Positions 37,101-51,310 of a stretch of DNA of 64,000 nucleotides are shown here, piece after piece (the stretch's first letter is position 1; each line of letters opens with the position of its first letter). The stretch lies in the NCBI RefSeq assembly GCF_963921235.1, contig NC_086107.1, positions 102,736,001-102,800,000 of the forward strand, written 5' to 3'. The notes under the pieces were generated by a model, which worked only from the letters and a program-made list of their open reading frames with translations, made no database searches and was not told the DNA's origin. This DNA comes from Mobula hypostoma (Eukaryota). Both the position numbers and the translations under genes were made by a program.

Positions 37101-38789
37101 GCCTTCCACTAACCCAGCACCGTCTTCCGATCTCCTGTGCCCAGCTGGTTCTAAGCCTAATGGTCCCCGCCCTGGCCTCTAAGCCTCCTGCTGTCTCACA
37201 TTTACACGGGAGAGGGGACGGGTGTTGGAGATCACAAGGATTTCGGGATGCCTGTGGCGTTGCGAATGTAGTGTAGGAGACAACCAATTAACTGGCCAGT
37301 GAAGTACGTGGCCCAGAGGGAAAAAAAAAGACCATCACTGGCCGAAAAGAACGATCAGGACCCTCTTTTCAGTTTCAGTCCCGCAACCTTGTAGGATTTT
37401 AAATCCAAAGGGGTTAAGTATTTTATTATGGGGTGTAAAATGAAGCCTTGTATTCAAGACTAAGGTGGACTTTTGACGGAAGTCATGGGTTATTGAGGTT
37501 ATAGGAGAGAGACGAGCTGAATCAGAAATGTGATATGAATGAAACTTCTGATTAGTACGTTTGCAGATGACAACGAAAATTGATGGTGTTGAATGTGGCA
37601 ATATTGATGAATTAGCATCATGGGCAGAGCAATGGCAGGTGCAGTTTAATGCTGCAAAAATATGAGGTGCTGCACAATTTGTGCTTTTTTTCCCCGTGCG
37701 TTGGGTGTTTCATATTTTCTTAAACGGATTCCGTGGTGTTTCTTTTTTTTTGTTTTGTGGGAAGACAAATCTCAGCGTTGCATTCTGTAAACATACTTTG
37801 ACAATAAATCTGCTTTGAACTTTTGGACACACGCACACATTGGTGTAGAATACAAACAGGATCAGAGGACATACGGGGAACAGAAGTACTTTGGTGTTAC
37901 ATGCACAAAGATCCCTGACAACAGTAGCTAATGTAAATACTGTACAGTGAAAAATAGAAACAGTGGGAAAGGGTGTATGGGGTTTAAAATAGAGAGGCAG
38001 GGAGTTATGGGATACAATACAATTCATTCATTAATGGAGAGGTTTCCAACCTTTTTTTATGCCATGGACCCCCACTATTAATCATGGACCCCAGGTTGTG
38101 ACCCCCTGCATTAAGCCATGGTTACAGTGCTGTCTGCCAGACTAAAGGAAAGTTACGATGGTGCTAGTGGCTGTGTGCAGGAGATTCAGCAGAATGTCTC
38201 CTGCATTGGAGCTATGAAGAGTGATCAGATGATCTGTGTTTAGACTTTGCTTGTGAATCCTGTGCAGTTTTGCTTTCTAACTACCTCGATGTAATAATGT
38301 ATGGCAGGATCGAAGCTGTTTCTGAGACGCTGAGTTTGTGTTTCCTGGTTCCTGTACCTCCTCCCTGATGGCAGCAGTGAGAACACGGGCGTGTCCTGGG
38401 TGGCGGGGTCCTTAATAATGGCTTTAGGAGGCGCCACCTTTTGAAGATGCCCTCGATGGTGGGGAGGCTAATGCCCGTGAAACTAAAACTTAACTTAAAC
38501 TTCTTTTGTATTTGCACCTTGTCTCCTTTTGCACGTTGGTTGCTTGTCAGTCTTTGTGTGTAGTTTTTAAAATTATTCTACTGTATTACTTTGTTCCATT
38601 GTGAACGCCTGCGAGAAAGTGAACCTCAGGGTAGTAGACGGTGATATATACATACTTTGATCATAAAGTTAATTCAAACTTTGAACTTGTTGGAGCTGGC
38701 TGACTCTACAACCCTCTGCAGCTTTTTCCGATCCTGTGCATTGGCCCTTTCCTGCCAGATGGTGATGCAGCCAGTTGAGAAATGGGATT

Positions 38790-39232
38790 ATGGCCAGCAG
38801 AGACACGCTGGGCTGAAAGGTCTGCGTGGCTTCATGGCCAGCATAGATACGCTGGGCTGAAGGGTCTGTGTGACTTCATGGCCAGCAGAGACACACTGAG
38901 CTGAAGGGTTTGCATGGCTTCATGCCTAGCATAGACATGCTGGGCTGAAGGGTCTGCGTGGCTTTGTGGCTAGCATAGATACGCTAGGCTGAAGGGTCTG
39001 TGTGACTTCATGGCCAGCAGAGACACACTGAGCTGAAGGGTTTGCATGGCTTCATGCCTAGCATAGACATGCTGGGCTGAAGGGTCTGCGTGGCTTTGTG
39101 GCTAGCATAGATACGCTAGGCTGAAGGGTCTGTGTGGCTTCATGGCTAGCAGAGACACGCTGGGCTGAAGGGTCTGCGTGGCTTTGTGGCCAGCATAGAT
39201 ACACTGGGCTGAAGGGCCTGATGACTCTATGA
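38790..39232 (+). repeat. 44-bp tandem array (10 units) derived from a CR1-type 3' tail
   Basis: Units like atggccagcagagacacgctgggctgaagggtctgcgtggcttc; the last unit runs into tgactctatgac. Confidence 0.85.
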
Positions 39233-42071
39233 CAATCAGGACACAGGAGAATGCGGATGATGGAGCATCAAATGATCTGCTGAAGGAACTTAGTAGATCA
39301 AGCAGCTTCTGTGCAAGGAAACAAATTTGTGTCCTGATTCAGAGTTTTGACCCCAAATGTCCACAATCCCTTTCCTCCCACAAATGCTGCTCGACCTACT
39401 GAGTTTCATCGGTAGATTGTTTATTGCTGTTTAACAAGATTGGCTGTTATTGTATTGAATGATAAAGCAATCTCGGGGGACTTAATGGCCTATTAAACTA
39501 TGATTTCTATACATCCTAAGACAATTACTAGTAAATGATAAGCTAGCACAATAATACCAAGATAATTTCCTCCACATTTCTGATATTGGGTGGTAATCTG
39601 TGTGTAATGCTCAGTCCCAGATAACATTTACAGACTTTTGATCGATAAAAGATTTTGTAGCTGAATGGGGAAGACAGTTGAGTGCATGAAGGGCCTAATC
39701 ATATCCCCATATCCCTTTAATTCTTTTAAAATCTGGGAGCCTGGAATAGAATAGGGAATTGGTTGCAGAGGAAATGCTCGCACTGTTAACCAGACTTCTG
39801 TTTCAAAAGCAGAATCGGAATTAGGTTTAATATCACCAGCATATATCGTGAAATTTGTTAACTTTAAGGCAGCAGTTCAATGAAATACATGATAAATTAC
39901 ATTAAGTATCTATATGTATATCAAATAATTAAGTTAAAACAAGTAATGCAAAAAAAAATAAAAAAGTAGTGAGTTAGTGTTGGTGGATTCAGTGTCCATT
40001 CAGAAATCAGTTGGCAGAGGGGAAGAAGCTGTTCTTGCATCACTGAGTGTGTGTCTTCAGGCTTCTGTACCTCCTTCCCGACGGTAACATTAAGAAGAGG
40101 GCATGTCCTGAGTGATGGGGTCTTTAATGATGGATGCCGCCTTCCTAACTCACAGCTCCTTGAAGATGTCTTTGGATACCACGGGGTCCAGTACCCATGA
40201 CTGTTGTCGTTCCTTTTCCCGCCTTGTGGCGGATTGGACGGCACTTTTTGCTGTTTCTGTAGCACTTGACTGTTTTTTATGAGGCTGAGTTGCTAGCTTA
40301 ATGCACAACCCTACACAGACAGAAAGCGTGAAAGGAGCCAGCCGGATTCGAACCGGGGACCATTCGCCTCGGAGTCTGGTGGTGATGACACTACACAATT
40401 GGCTGGCTAAAGCACCTGTGATGGAGCTGACTAATCTTACAACTTTTTTGCAACTTACTACGATTTTGTGCAGTAGCCCCCCTCGCCCCCAGGTGATGTA
40501 CCTAGCCAGAATACACTCCACGGTACGTCTGTAGAAGTTTTCAAGTATTTTAGTTGACAAACCAAATCTCTTCAAACTCCTAATGAAATATAGCCGCTGT
40601 CTTGCCTTCTTTATAGCTGCATCGATATGTTATGTCCTCAGAGATACTGACACCCAGAAACTTCAAATTGCTCACTCAACTTCAGCCAATGTTGAATGGC
40701 CAGGTTTGTTCTGTGATTTTGCCAATAGAATTTCCTTGATCCCCCAGTATTAGTCATACGGTGTACTGGCTTATCCTGTGATTATTTGCTAACTTGAAGT
40801 AATTTAAGTACAGGCTGTACCTCTTTTAAAAAAAGAAGAGGGAGCTGTATCCGAGGTGAAACTAGTGGGCTCTGGCAGCTGCAAAAGGAAATGAACAAAC
40901 CAAGGGCAAGAGCAGACATTGCTATTCACAATATGGTTCTGCAGGCTGTGGTGATTTCCCCACTACCTTACCACGACACACTGTGATAGAGAGCTTAGTG
41001 ACATGGTGTCCCTCACAAAACAGAAGAGTTGGCCAGTAACTTCAGAAAGGAGGCAGGGCACATCCACCTGTCTAAATCAACTGTGTCGAGGTTGAGGAGG
41101 TCCCAGGTGTGAGCATCGCCAACAGCCTCTCCTGGTCCATTCATGTTGATGTCACGGTCAAAAAACCCCACCGAAGAAATTCGGCACGTCTCTGTCGACA
41201 TTTAACAATCTTTACAACTGCACCACAGTAAACAGTTTTTTTGGATGTCTAACAGCTTGGTATGGCAGCCGCCCTGCATGTGAGCACAAGAAACTTCGAA
41301 GAGTTGTGGTTACAGTTCAGCACGCCACAGGAACCAGCCTCCCCTCCACGGACTCTGTCTGCAGTTGTAACTGCCTCAGTAAAGCAGCCAGCATAATCAA
41401 AGGCCTGAAAGCAAGCTCGAGGAAAGCTTCTAACCCACTATTATCAAACCCTTAAGTGGACCTCTTGTTCAATAAGATGGACTCTCAGGCTCACAATCTA
41501 CACTGATACGGTCTTGCACTTTATCATTAACCAGCACTGCACTTTTTCGGTAGCTTTTACACTTCATTCTGAATTGTTATCATCTTACCATATTCTAGCT
41601 CAATGCACTGTGTAATGATTTGATTTGTATAACAGTATGCAAGACGAGCTTTTCGCTGTATCTGGGTACATGTGACAATAGTAAACCAAAATTGAATTGA
41701 ATTGACTTTATTTCTTACATCCCTCACATACATGAGGAATAAAAATCTTTACATTACATCTCCATCTAAATGTGCAATGTGCAATCATAGTAGCTTATAA
41801 TAATTTATAATAAATAGAACAGTCAGTGTAATATAGTGTACACTCGAATCAGTGTGAGTTCATCAGTCTGATGGCCTGGTGGAAGAAGGTTGGTCCTGGC
41901 TTTTATGCTGCAGTAGTGCTTCCAAAACCAATAAACCAGTAGCAACAACAATAAGACAGGAGCTGAGGTCGATGGAAGGAGCGACATCCCACAAAGTGGA
42001 AGCAGTGCCACAATGTCATAGTCAGTGGAGACATAACCCCAGGCATCTCCCACACTGCTCCATGCAACACA

Positions 42072-42316
42072 CACTCAGTGGCCACTTTATTAGGTACAGC
42101 CGCACGTCGCTCATTAATGCAAATATCTAATCAGCCAATCATCTGCATAGAAGCATGCAGACATGGTCAAAAGGCTCAGTTGTTGTTCAGACCAAACATC
42201 AGAATAGGGAAGAAGTGGCTTTGACCTTGGAATGTTTGTTGGTGCCAGACGGGGTGGATTGAGTATCTTAGAAACTGCTGATCTCCTGGGATTTTCAGGC
42301 AAAACAGTCTCTAGAG
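42072..42316. mobile_element. Tc1-type MITE fragment (family also at ~57511-58032 and ~24112)
   Basis: TIR cactcagtggccactttattaggtaca; reverse copy ends ggccactgagtg|ta at 58032. Confidence 0.75.
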
Positions 42317-44346
42317 CAGGGTTTCTCACCGGGGTTCCGCGAGAGATCGTGATTTTAAAAAAAACGTTATTTCTTGAACTTCACGCAATGCGCGATGCTA
42401 GTGCTCGCAGTGGTGGGCACTGACTGAGCAGCCCTGTTAGCAATCTCGGTAGAGGTCTCACAGTCCAGTTTGGCTGTGCGCAGTAGGACCGTGTTTATTT
42501 AGCTGAGTGCGTTCTCAGTTTTGATGCGAGATGGGGGAGGCCCTTGATAACTGGTGAAAACTGTATTCCACGGAGGGGAGAATGGTAGGCTGATGGTGAG
42601 CACGGAGGGGAGGACGCTTGGCTGATGAGGAGCGTGAAGTACATTTTTCGAGCATCAAATGGAGTTGCCCTACTTGGGCTGTGACGTCTGCCTCTCCCTC
42701 CCGGATTACCTCCCCCAACTTCCCCTTACGGGCCAACAACTGACTTATGTAAGCGAACGAACTCTACTGATGTAGTAGAAAATTGGAAGGAAATTTTCAT
42801 TCTAAAGAAGGAAATTTTATGTGCTGTGACTCAGCTGCTGGCCTGCCACTTCGCTGTTGTTGTAAACGTTACAAAAGGTGGATGGTGTAGGGTAGAAATG
42901 AATTGTTTGTGAAGTTTTCGTATTCTTTCCAGTTCTTTTTATATTTTATTAATCCCTGTGTTAGGACAAGATGCAGTACGAGAAATTGAAAAGGTTTCAC
43001 TCTCAAACTGTACGATAAGTTTGCTCTGCCATTTCCTCAACCCTATTCTCCCATGTTCCCCAGTAACCCTTAATCTCCTTACAAATCAAGGACCAATCAT
43101 TCTCCGTCTTAAATACAGTCAATGACTTGACATCCACAGCCTTCCGTGGCAATGGGTCCCACACATTCACTGCCCCTTTGCTGAAGAAAGTTCTGCTCAT
43201 CTTCTGTTCACTGTCCCTTCTATTCTGAGGCTGTGATCTCTGATTCTAGTCTCTCCTAATGGAAACATCCTCTCCACATCCACTCCATTTGGGCCTTACA
43301 GTATCGAGTAGGTTTCAATATCCTCGCCCTCTCCCCATCCTTCTGAACTCCCATCGAGTATTGATCCAGCGACATCGAATGCTGCTCATATGTTAAGCCT
43401 TTCATTCCCAAGGATTGTTCTTGTGCTCCTTTCCAGGGCCAGCCAATTCTTCCATAGGTACAGGGTCCAGAAATTCTCGCAATATTTCAAAGGCGGTCTG
43501 ACCAACACCTTATAAAGCCTCAGCAGTACATTCTGGCTTTATATTCTAATCCCCTTGGAAAGAATGCCAGTATTGCTTTCATCTTATCCTCATACGCTGG
43601 ATACTCGGCCAAACCTTTTGCCATCTGCTTGCACGGACTGCTGTTTATCAACTGTACCAGGTCCTTGTTAATACAAGACACTCATGACAAAAAGAAACCT
43701 TCCTCTCTTGCAGGGCAGGGTGGCACACATTGGGAGCCACCAGCAGAGGCAAACTGGTGGGGACACGATGGAGAAGGAGGGAGCTCTGGCGCTGTGGAGT
43801 GGCTCAGAATCTGGTGTATTATCACCGACATATGTTGTGAAATTTGTTGTTTTGTGGCAGCAGAACAGCGCAAGACATAAAAATTACTACAAATTACAAT
43901 AAGAGACACTAAAGATGTAATGGGTTCACGGGCCATTCAGAAATGTGATGGTGGAAAGGAAGAGGCTGTTGCTAAAACATTTGTGTGGGTCTTCAGGCTC
44001 CTGTACCTCCTTCCCAATGGTAGTAATGAGAAGGGATGGTGATCCTTAATGATGCATGTCGCCTTCTTGAGGTGCGGTTTTTGAAGATGTCCTCGATGGT
44101 GGGGAGGGTTGTGTCTGTAATGGAGCTGTTCAAGTCCTTGCAGCCTCTTTCAATCTTATACATTACAACTTCCAACCGGTCATAGTGCTCTCCTCTGTAC
44201 ATTTGTAGAAAATCGCTAGAAACCTCAGTGAATATCTAATCTCCTTAAACTCTGAATGAAGTAAAGCTGATGGCTTGTCTTTGTGATGGCGTCAACTTGT
44301 TCCGCTCAGGGTAGATCTTCTGTGATATTGACACCCAGGGATTTGA

Positions 44347-44720
44347 CAATAGACAATAGGTGCAGGAGTAGGCCATTCAGCCCTTCGAGCCGGCACCACC
44401 ATTCACTGTGATCATGGCTGATCATCCACAATCAGTACCCTTTTCCTGCTTTCTCCCTATATCCCTTCACTCCGCTATCTTTAAGAGCTCTATCTAACTC
44501 TTTCTTGAAAGAATCCAGAGAATTGGCCTCCACTGCCTTCTGAGTCGGAGCATTCCACAGAACCACAACCCTCTGAAGAAATTTTTCCTCAACTCCGTTC
44601 TAAATTGTCTACCCCTTATTCCTAAACTGTGGCCTCCGGTTCTGGACTCCCCCAACATCGGGAACATGTTTCCTGCCTCTAGCGTGTCCAATCCCTTAAT
44701 AATCTTATATGTTTCAACCA
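44347..44720 (-). mobile_element. CR1 3' fragment nested in Rex1 (same subfamily as 55481-56438)
   Basis: LEAGNMFPMLGESRT; tail caatagacaatagg; TSD gatttga. Confidence 0.85.
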
Positions 44721-47700
44721 GATTTGAAGCCGCTCACGCTTTCCACCGCTAACCCCTCAACAATGATTGGTGTGCGTTCCCCTTTCCGAAGTCCACAGTC
44801 AGTTCCTCAGCCCTACTGACAGTCAAGTGCAAGGTTGTTGTAGCAACACCACTCAACCAGCTGATCTGTCTCACTCCTGTACGTCTCTGAGAATCTGCTG
44901 CCATCAGCAAATTTATGGCTGACGTTTGCGCTGTCCCCAGCCACACAAGCATGAGTGTAGAGAGAGTAGAGCAGTGGGCCAAGCTCATATCCTTGAGGCA
45001 TGCCTGTGTTGATTGTCAATGAGGGGGGAAATGTTGTTACCATTCTGCACCAATTGTGATCTCCCAATGAGGCTGTCACGAGGTCTATAGCCAGTAGCAA
45101 TCTGGATGCAGTTGGAGAAAGATATTTTTATTTTGAAATACAGCACGGTAACAGGCCCTACCGGCCCAGCGAGCCCGTTCTGCCCAGTTACACCCAACCT
45201 GTACGTCTTTGGACTGTGGGAGGAAACAAGAGCACCCAGAGGGAACCCAACACAGTCAAGGGGAGAGTGTGCAGACACCTTACAGGCAGCAGCAGAATTT
45301 AACAGCCAATGCTTAATAGTGCTACCCCTACCCTACCATGAGCCCTTTTCAGGCATAATCCTCCTTCTCAGACCCTCCCTCAACTTCATCCCATGTTTAC
45401 CAGCTACCTCTCATAGGACCCAAAGCTGCTCCTCCTCTTAGGCTCGCAGTCCCTCAGCCTAGCTCTACGCCTGCGCCTTTCTCCAATAAGTTAGTGAAGA
45501 CACTGCACTTGCTCAAGCAGGAGGGCAGCATGTGTGAGGGCTCTTTGTCAAGTGATTGTCGAAGCAGCCATCAGTTCAAAGCTGACATTGGGCACCGTGG
45601 CGGTAAGAGCAATATAACGGTGAGTCACAAACACAAGAAAATCTGCAGGTAACAGTGAACTACTGGTACAAGTGACCTGCATCACGGATCGGGGATATGT
45701 GGTGCCTGCTTCCCGACGGACGAGCTCGCACCTGGGATCTGTTCCAGGGGCACACGGGCAAGCAGCTGCAACACAGGGCATTGGCGGGTTCTGTGTGAGG
45801 CGCCAGGCGGCGAGAAGGAGTCCAGCTCCAAACCGGAACACGGGTTTGGCAGAGAACCCGGGACATCATTTTCTCGTAGAGTCCCGCCGGCAGTCATCAA
45901 TCAGGGCTCGATTCCCGCCGGTGTCTATAAGGAGTTTGTACATTCTCCCTGTAACCGTTCGGATTTCCTCCAGGTGCTCTGGTTTCCTCCCACAGCCCAA
46001 AGGCATACAGGTTAAGGTTAGTAAGTGTGGGCGTGAAATGTTGGCACTGGAAATGAAATGACTCTTGCGGGTTTCCCCCATCGCATTACTTGGACAGCGT
46101 TTGTCGTTGACACAGAACTTTTCGATATACATGTGCCAAGTAATGCTAATCGTTAGATCTTTAATCTTTCTTAGTGTGGAAGTGGCAGCCACTTCCATTT
46201 GAACGCTTGCAAGCCCCACCATCATCGGATCATTGTCTCAGCTTCCACTGATGCAGAAGCTACTGGAGTTCAATGCCTGCTAGGGGACTTGCATCCTCAG
46301 TCCTCCCAGCAAATCTGAACAGTTGCTAAGACACCACCCCAGGTAGGAGCGAATGACATCTGTCCTCCCCTCAGGACATCGGCACTTGTGCCTGTTCCCG
46401 CATGGTTGGTCGTACAGTACACTTGTCATCCAGACCAACTTTCAGTTGCACATTGTTTTGTTTGTAAATCTTTGTTTATGTCTATCTTTTTCATAAATTC
46501 TATTGCACTTCATTAAATGCCTGCAAGAAAATGAATCTCAAGATAATTTCTGGTGATATATTTATACTTTAATAATAAATTTACTTTGACTGACTTTGAT
46601 TGTCAACAGCACAGTCTGAATTTTGGCCTGCTAAGCCCAGGGTGTTGTGAAGTCAGCACCCTCCTCCACCTCAAGCCTGCACCTCAGGTTCTGTCAAGGA
46701 GATGGACTAGTGGCACTGTGTGGGATCTATAGGGCAGACAAGATCTATAATGAATTGCACCAATATAGTTTGCTTTATCAGTTTTCTTGCAGTTGCAAGT
46801 ACAGTATAAACCGAATTTCGAATGTTCATTCAGTGTGCTCTCTGGTGTGATAGGTGCTGTAATATAGGAAATGTGGTTTTGTACAAGATTCTTCCAGTAG
46901 AACGTAGAACAGTACAGCACAGGAACAGGCCCTTCAGCCCACAGTGTTGTGCCAAACCAGCTAAAAGATAAATCAAAACTCCTCCAAAAACCAATCCCTC
47001 CTACGTACACATTGTCCATATCCCTCCATCTTGCTCACATCCACCCATCTAAATGTTTCTTAAAAGCCTTTACCACCATACCAGGCAGCACATTCCAGGC
47101 ACCCACGACCCTCTGAGTAAGAAAACTTAACCCCTCATATCTACCCCCTCTTACCTTCAGTGCATGCCCTCTGATATTAGACATTTGCAACATTGACATA
47201 AATGACCCCTTTAGTATTTTATAGTCATCTTAACCAAGGAATATGTTTTTCTTCATAGCAGTCCACTTAGGGCAGCAATGAAGGTCCTCCGTCTCTGATG
47301 GTGTTCAGGGCTTTCTTCATTGTGTCAGTAGCTCATGCTTTCAGTCATGCAAGTTCCGGGTGGAGACTCAAGGATACCATCACACTCTGATGTGGAAGGA
47401 CTCTTCATTGCTGTTTCTGTAATGATTTTGTTTTACCAGTCAGGGTTGTTAGCTATGAGCTATACCCCCAAACCTGGAGGACCGGTGGACCACTCTCAGT
47501 CTGGCCTCTACCCTTTGACCTGTTTGGCATGGGTGACCCTACCAAGAAGTGTAAAGCCCTGACTCCAGCCAACATACAGTAGCAGTGCCACGGATTTTGT
47601 TTTATGGCCACTCGAGGCTTGTTCTGTTCTATGTTGGTGCCAGAATGTGTGCCAACTCTTGCGGGCTGCCCCTGGCACATCCTTGGAGTGCATTGGCTGT

Positions 47701-48861
47701 CAACGCAGGCGATGCATTTCGCGATGTGTTTTAATGTACACGTGATAAATAAATCCAAATCTGAATCTGAAAGCGGAATATCCAAGCCTCAATTTATCAT
47801 CTATCTCTGATTGCAAAGCACTCCCTCAACTCCACACCGGGAATGTCGTCATGGATTTGGATTCACATCCCTGGACTCCGAACCCACAGCCTCAGTGTCT
47901 GAGATGGGTGAACTGCAGCTGACACAACAGAAGTGAGAGAGATGTAATCTTACACGGTGTACACCCATTCATCTAAGATACATGGTAAGATTGGCAGCTG
48001 TTATTATAAGAATATTAAGCACGCAGATTCAGCAAGTAATTAAAATACCAAGTGGCATATTGGCCCTTAACACCAGGAGCAGATAAAATATATTGTGTTA
48101 TTTCTATTGTACTGGGTACTGATGCCACAACCCTCCCTTCCGTTCCACCAGTGAAAGAACACACTTGCTTCGGTGGTAGTCTAGGAGAGAAGAGCTGTGC
48201 CCCCACAAATCCACTCATTAGTTAAGACCATAAAACACAAGAGTAGAATTAGGCCATTGGGCCCATCGAGTCTGGTCCGCCAACTCAATCATGGCTGATT
48301 TATTATCCCTCTCAACCCTGCCTTCTCCCCAAAACCTTTGATGCCCTAACTAATCAAGAATCGATCAACCACCACTTTGAATATGCAAAATGGCTTGGCC
48401 TCCACAGGCATCTGTGGCAGTGAATTCCACATTCGCCACCCTCTAGCTAAAGAAATTCCAACTCATCTCTGTTCTACAGGGATGACTCACTGTGACCTCT
48501 GGTCCTTGACTCTCCCACGATTGGAAACATTCTCGCCACGTCTTTCAATATTCAATAGGTTTCAGTAAGATCCCCCCCTTATTCTTCTAAACTTTAGTGA
48601 GTACAGGCCCAGAGTCAGAGCTCCTCATACGTTAACCCTTGCATTCCTGGAATCATTCTCAGGTATCTCCTGGCCCTCTCCAATGCCAGCATATTTTTTT
48701 AAGGTAAAGAGTTCAGAACCGTTCACAATACTCAAAGTACAGTCTGACCAATGACTGATAAAGCCTCAGCATTACATTCTCGCTTTTATATTCTAATCCT
48801 CTTGAAATGAATGCCAACATTGCGTTTGCCTTCCTCACCACCAGCTCAACATGTAAGTTAT

Positions 48862-49948
48862 CTCCCTCAGCACAGGTGCACCACAAGGCCGTGTGCTTAA
48901 CCCCTGCTCTACTTATTTTATATTTATGACTGTGAGGCTAAGCTCAACTCCAATGCCATATTCAAGTTTACTACGGTCATTGGCTGAATTAAAGGTGGTG
49001 AGGAGTCAGCATACAGGAGAGAGATTGCAAATCTGGCTGAGTGATGCCACAACAACAACCTCTCACTCAAAGTCAGCAAGACCAAGGAACTGATTACTGA
49101 CTTCAGGAGGAGGAAATCTGAGGTCCATGAGCCAGTCCTCATCAGGGGATCAGAGGTGGAGAGGGTCAGCAACTTTAAAATCCTTGGTGTTATCATTTCA
49201 GAGAATCTGTCCTGGGCCCAGCACAAGAGTGTCAGTGTGAAGAAAACATGGCAGCAACTCTACTTTCTTAGGAGTTTGTGAAGATTGACCATGTCAAATA
49301 AAACTTTGACAGACTTCTATAGATGTGAGGTGGAGAGTATATTGGTTGGTTGCTTCACGGCCTGGTATGGGAACACCAATGCCCTTGAACGGAAAATCCT
49401 ACAAAAAGCGGTGGATACTGTCCAGTCCATCATGGGCAAAGCCCTCCTCACCATTGAGCCCATCAACACGGAGCAGTGTCTCAGGAAAGCAGCATCCATC
49501 ATCAAGGACCCCCACTATCCAAGCCATGCTCTCTTCTCACTGCTGCCATTGGGAGGAAGGTACAAGAGCTTCACGACCCACTCTACCAGGTTCAGGAACA
49601 GATATTACCCTCTCAACCATCAGGCTCATCACTCAACTTCACTCACCCCCATCACCGAATTTTTGCCACAGCTTATGGACTCACTTTCAAGGACTCTTCA
49701 TCTCATGTTCTCAATATTTATTGTTTATTTATTTGTTATTATTATTATTACTTCTTCTTTCTTTTTATATTTGCATAGTTTGTTGTCTTACGCACATTAA
49801 TTGCAATTGTTTTTCTGTTTTTTGGGTGCAGTCTTTCATTAATTTTATTCTGTTTCTTGTATTACCATGAATGCCAGCAAGAAAATGAATCTCAGATGAC
49901 ATATCTGTACTTGGATAGTAAATTTACCTTGAACTTTGAACTTTTGAA
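48862..49948 (+). mobile_element. Rex1/Babar fragment inserted in a minus-strand CR1 (48225-50226)
   Basis: STGAPQG remnant; FYRCEVESIL...LLPLGGR; (tgaactt)n tail; the CR1 resumes on both sides. Confidence 0.85.
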
Positions 49949-51310
49949 CCTTTAGGAAATCCTGCACGAGGATTCCCAAGTCCCTTTTTATTTCTCATTT
50001 CCAAATTTTCCCCCATTTAAAAGACAGTCTATGCCTCTACTCCTTCTACCAAAGTGCATGACCGTAAACCTCCTTACATTATATTCCATCTGCTACCTCT
50101 TTGCCCATTTTCCTAGTCTCTCTAATTCCTTCTGCAGACTCCCTGTTTCCTCAACACTACCTGCCCCTCTGCCTGTCTTTGTATCGTCAGCAGACTTGGC
50201 GACAAAGTCATTCGTTCCTTCATCCAAGTCAAAGAATCAAGAGTCTCAAAGTGCATTTAATAACGAAGAATGTATGAGTTATACAACCTTGAGGTTTGTT
50301 TGCTTAACGGGCAGATGCAAAGCAAGGAACCCGAAAGAACCCAATTAAAAGACACAGAGAAAGAGAAAAAAAAACAAATCATGTAAACAATAAAAGTGAG
50401 AAAACAATAAAAGTAACAACAACAGCCTTCCGAACCAAATTGAGTCCTTAGATCCAAGTCCCTGGAATAGGCCCAGTGGCTCGGTATTCAGTTCGTCATA
50501 TTAGCAGGGCAAATCGGCACAAAGTTCGCGGGGCTCAGTTCAGGGTCTGAAGTTGAGGATTGTGTCTGGGACAAGGCTTGGGGTAGTGTTATAAATTGAG
50601 GTATAAGTCAGGATTTAGTGTTAAGGATGAGTTAGTTCCAGAAGTCAACTATGTCTCAGGCAAAGTATTTAGAGTTAGAGTTAACAAGTTACGGCTCTGA
50701 TCAGAGACAAGGTTACTGCTCAGGGATCAGGGTAATAGTTACAGGTTTATGCTTTGGTGAAGAACAGGGTTTAATGCAGGGGTTCCCAACCTTTGTTATG
50801 CCACGGAGCCTTACCATTAACTGAAGGGTGGTGAGAGGCATTGTCAAGAGTCGGATAACAGTGAACTAGAAGCAGTCCAGAGTCTGGTCTTTCATTGATT
50901 TTGTTAAAGTTATTATTCTATCAATTTATTGAGTATGCCCTCAAAAAAGTGAGTATCAGGATTGTTTATGGTGACATATACAGCATGTAGCTTGATAATA
51001 AATTTACTTTGAAATTTTATTCCATCCTCACGGATGCTGCCTGAACCACTGAGTTCCTCCAGTGTCTTTTGTCTGTTGCTCCAGATCCAGCATGTGCAGC
51101 CTCTCGTGTCTCTAAAAGACCGCCCGCATTCTGATTGAGTGTATGGCAGGCATGGAGGTGCTGAACGGCCGACTCCTGCTTCTGTTTATTTTCTAGTGAG
51201 AAACTGGATGCTGACTTTAGCAGAAACAATTCCTGGTTGAAGGCACTCGATGTCTAGGCTGAGTTCTGCTCATCTAAGTGACAGTTTTGGTAAATGCTAG
51301 CTAATTATTC

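Noticed and set aside
36440..37165. CRISPR-like repeat-spacer array
   Set aside because: Repeats are too degenerate, spacers are low-complexity and uneven, and the context is eukaryotic.
45491..45619. Plus-strand coding exon (open frame, gtgagt donor)
   Set aside because: Weak acceptor; the donor abuts a repeat tail; the peptide is unrecognised.
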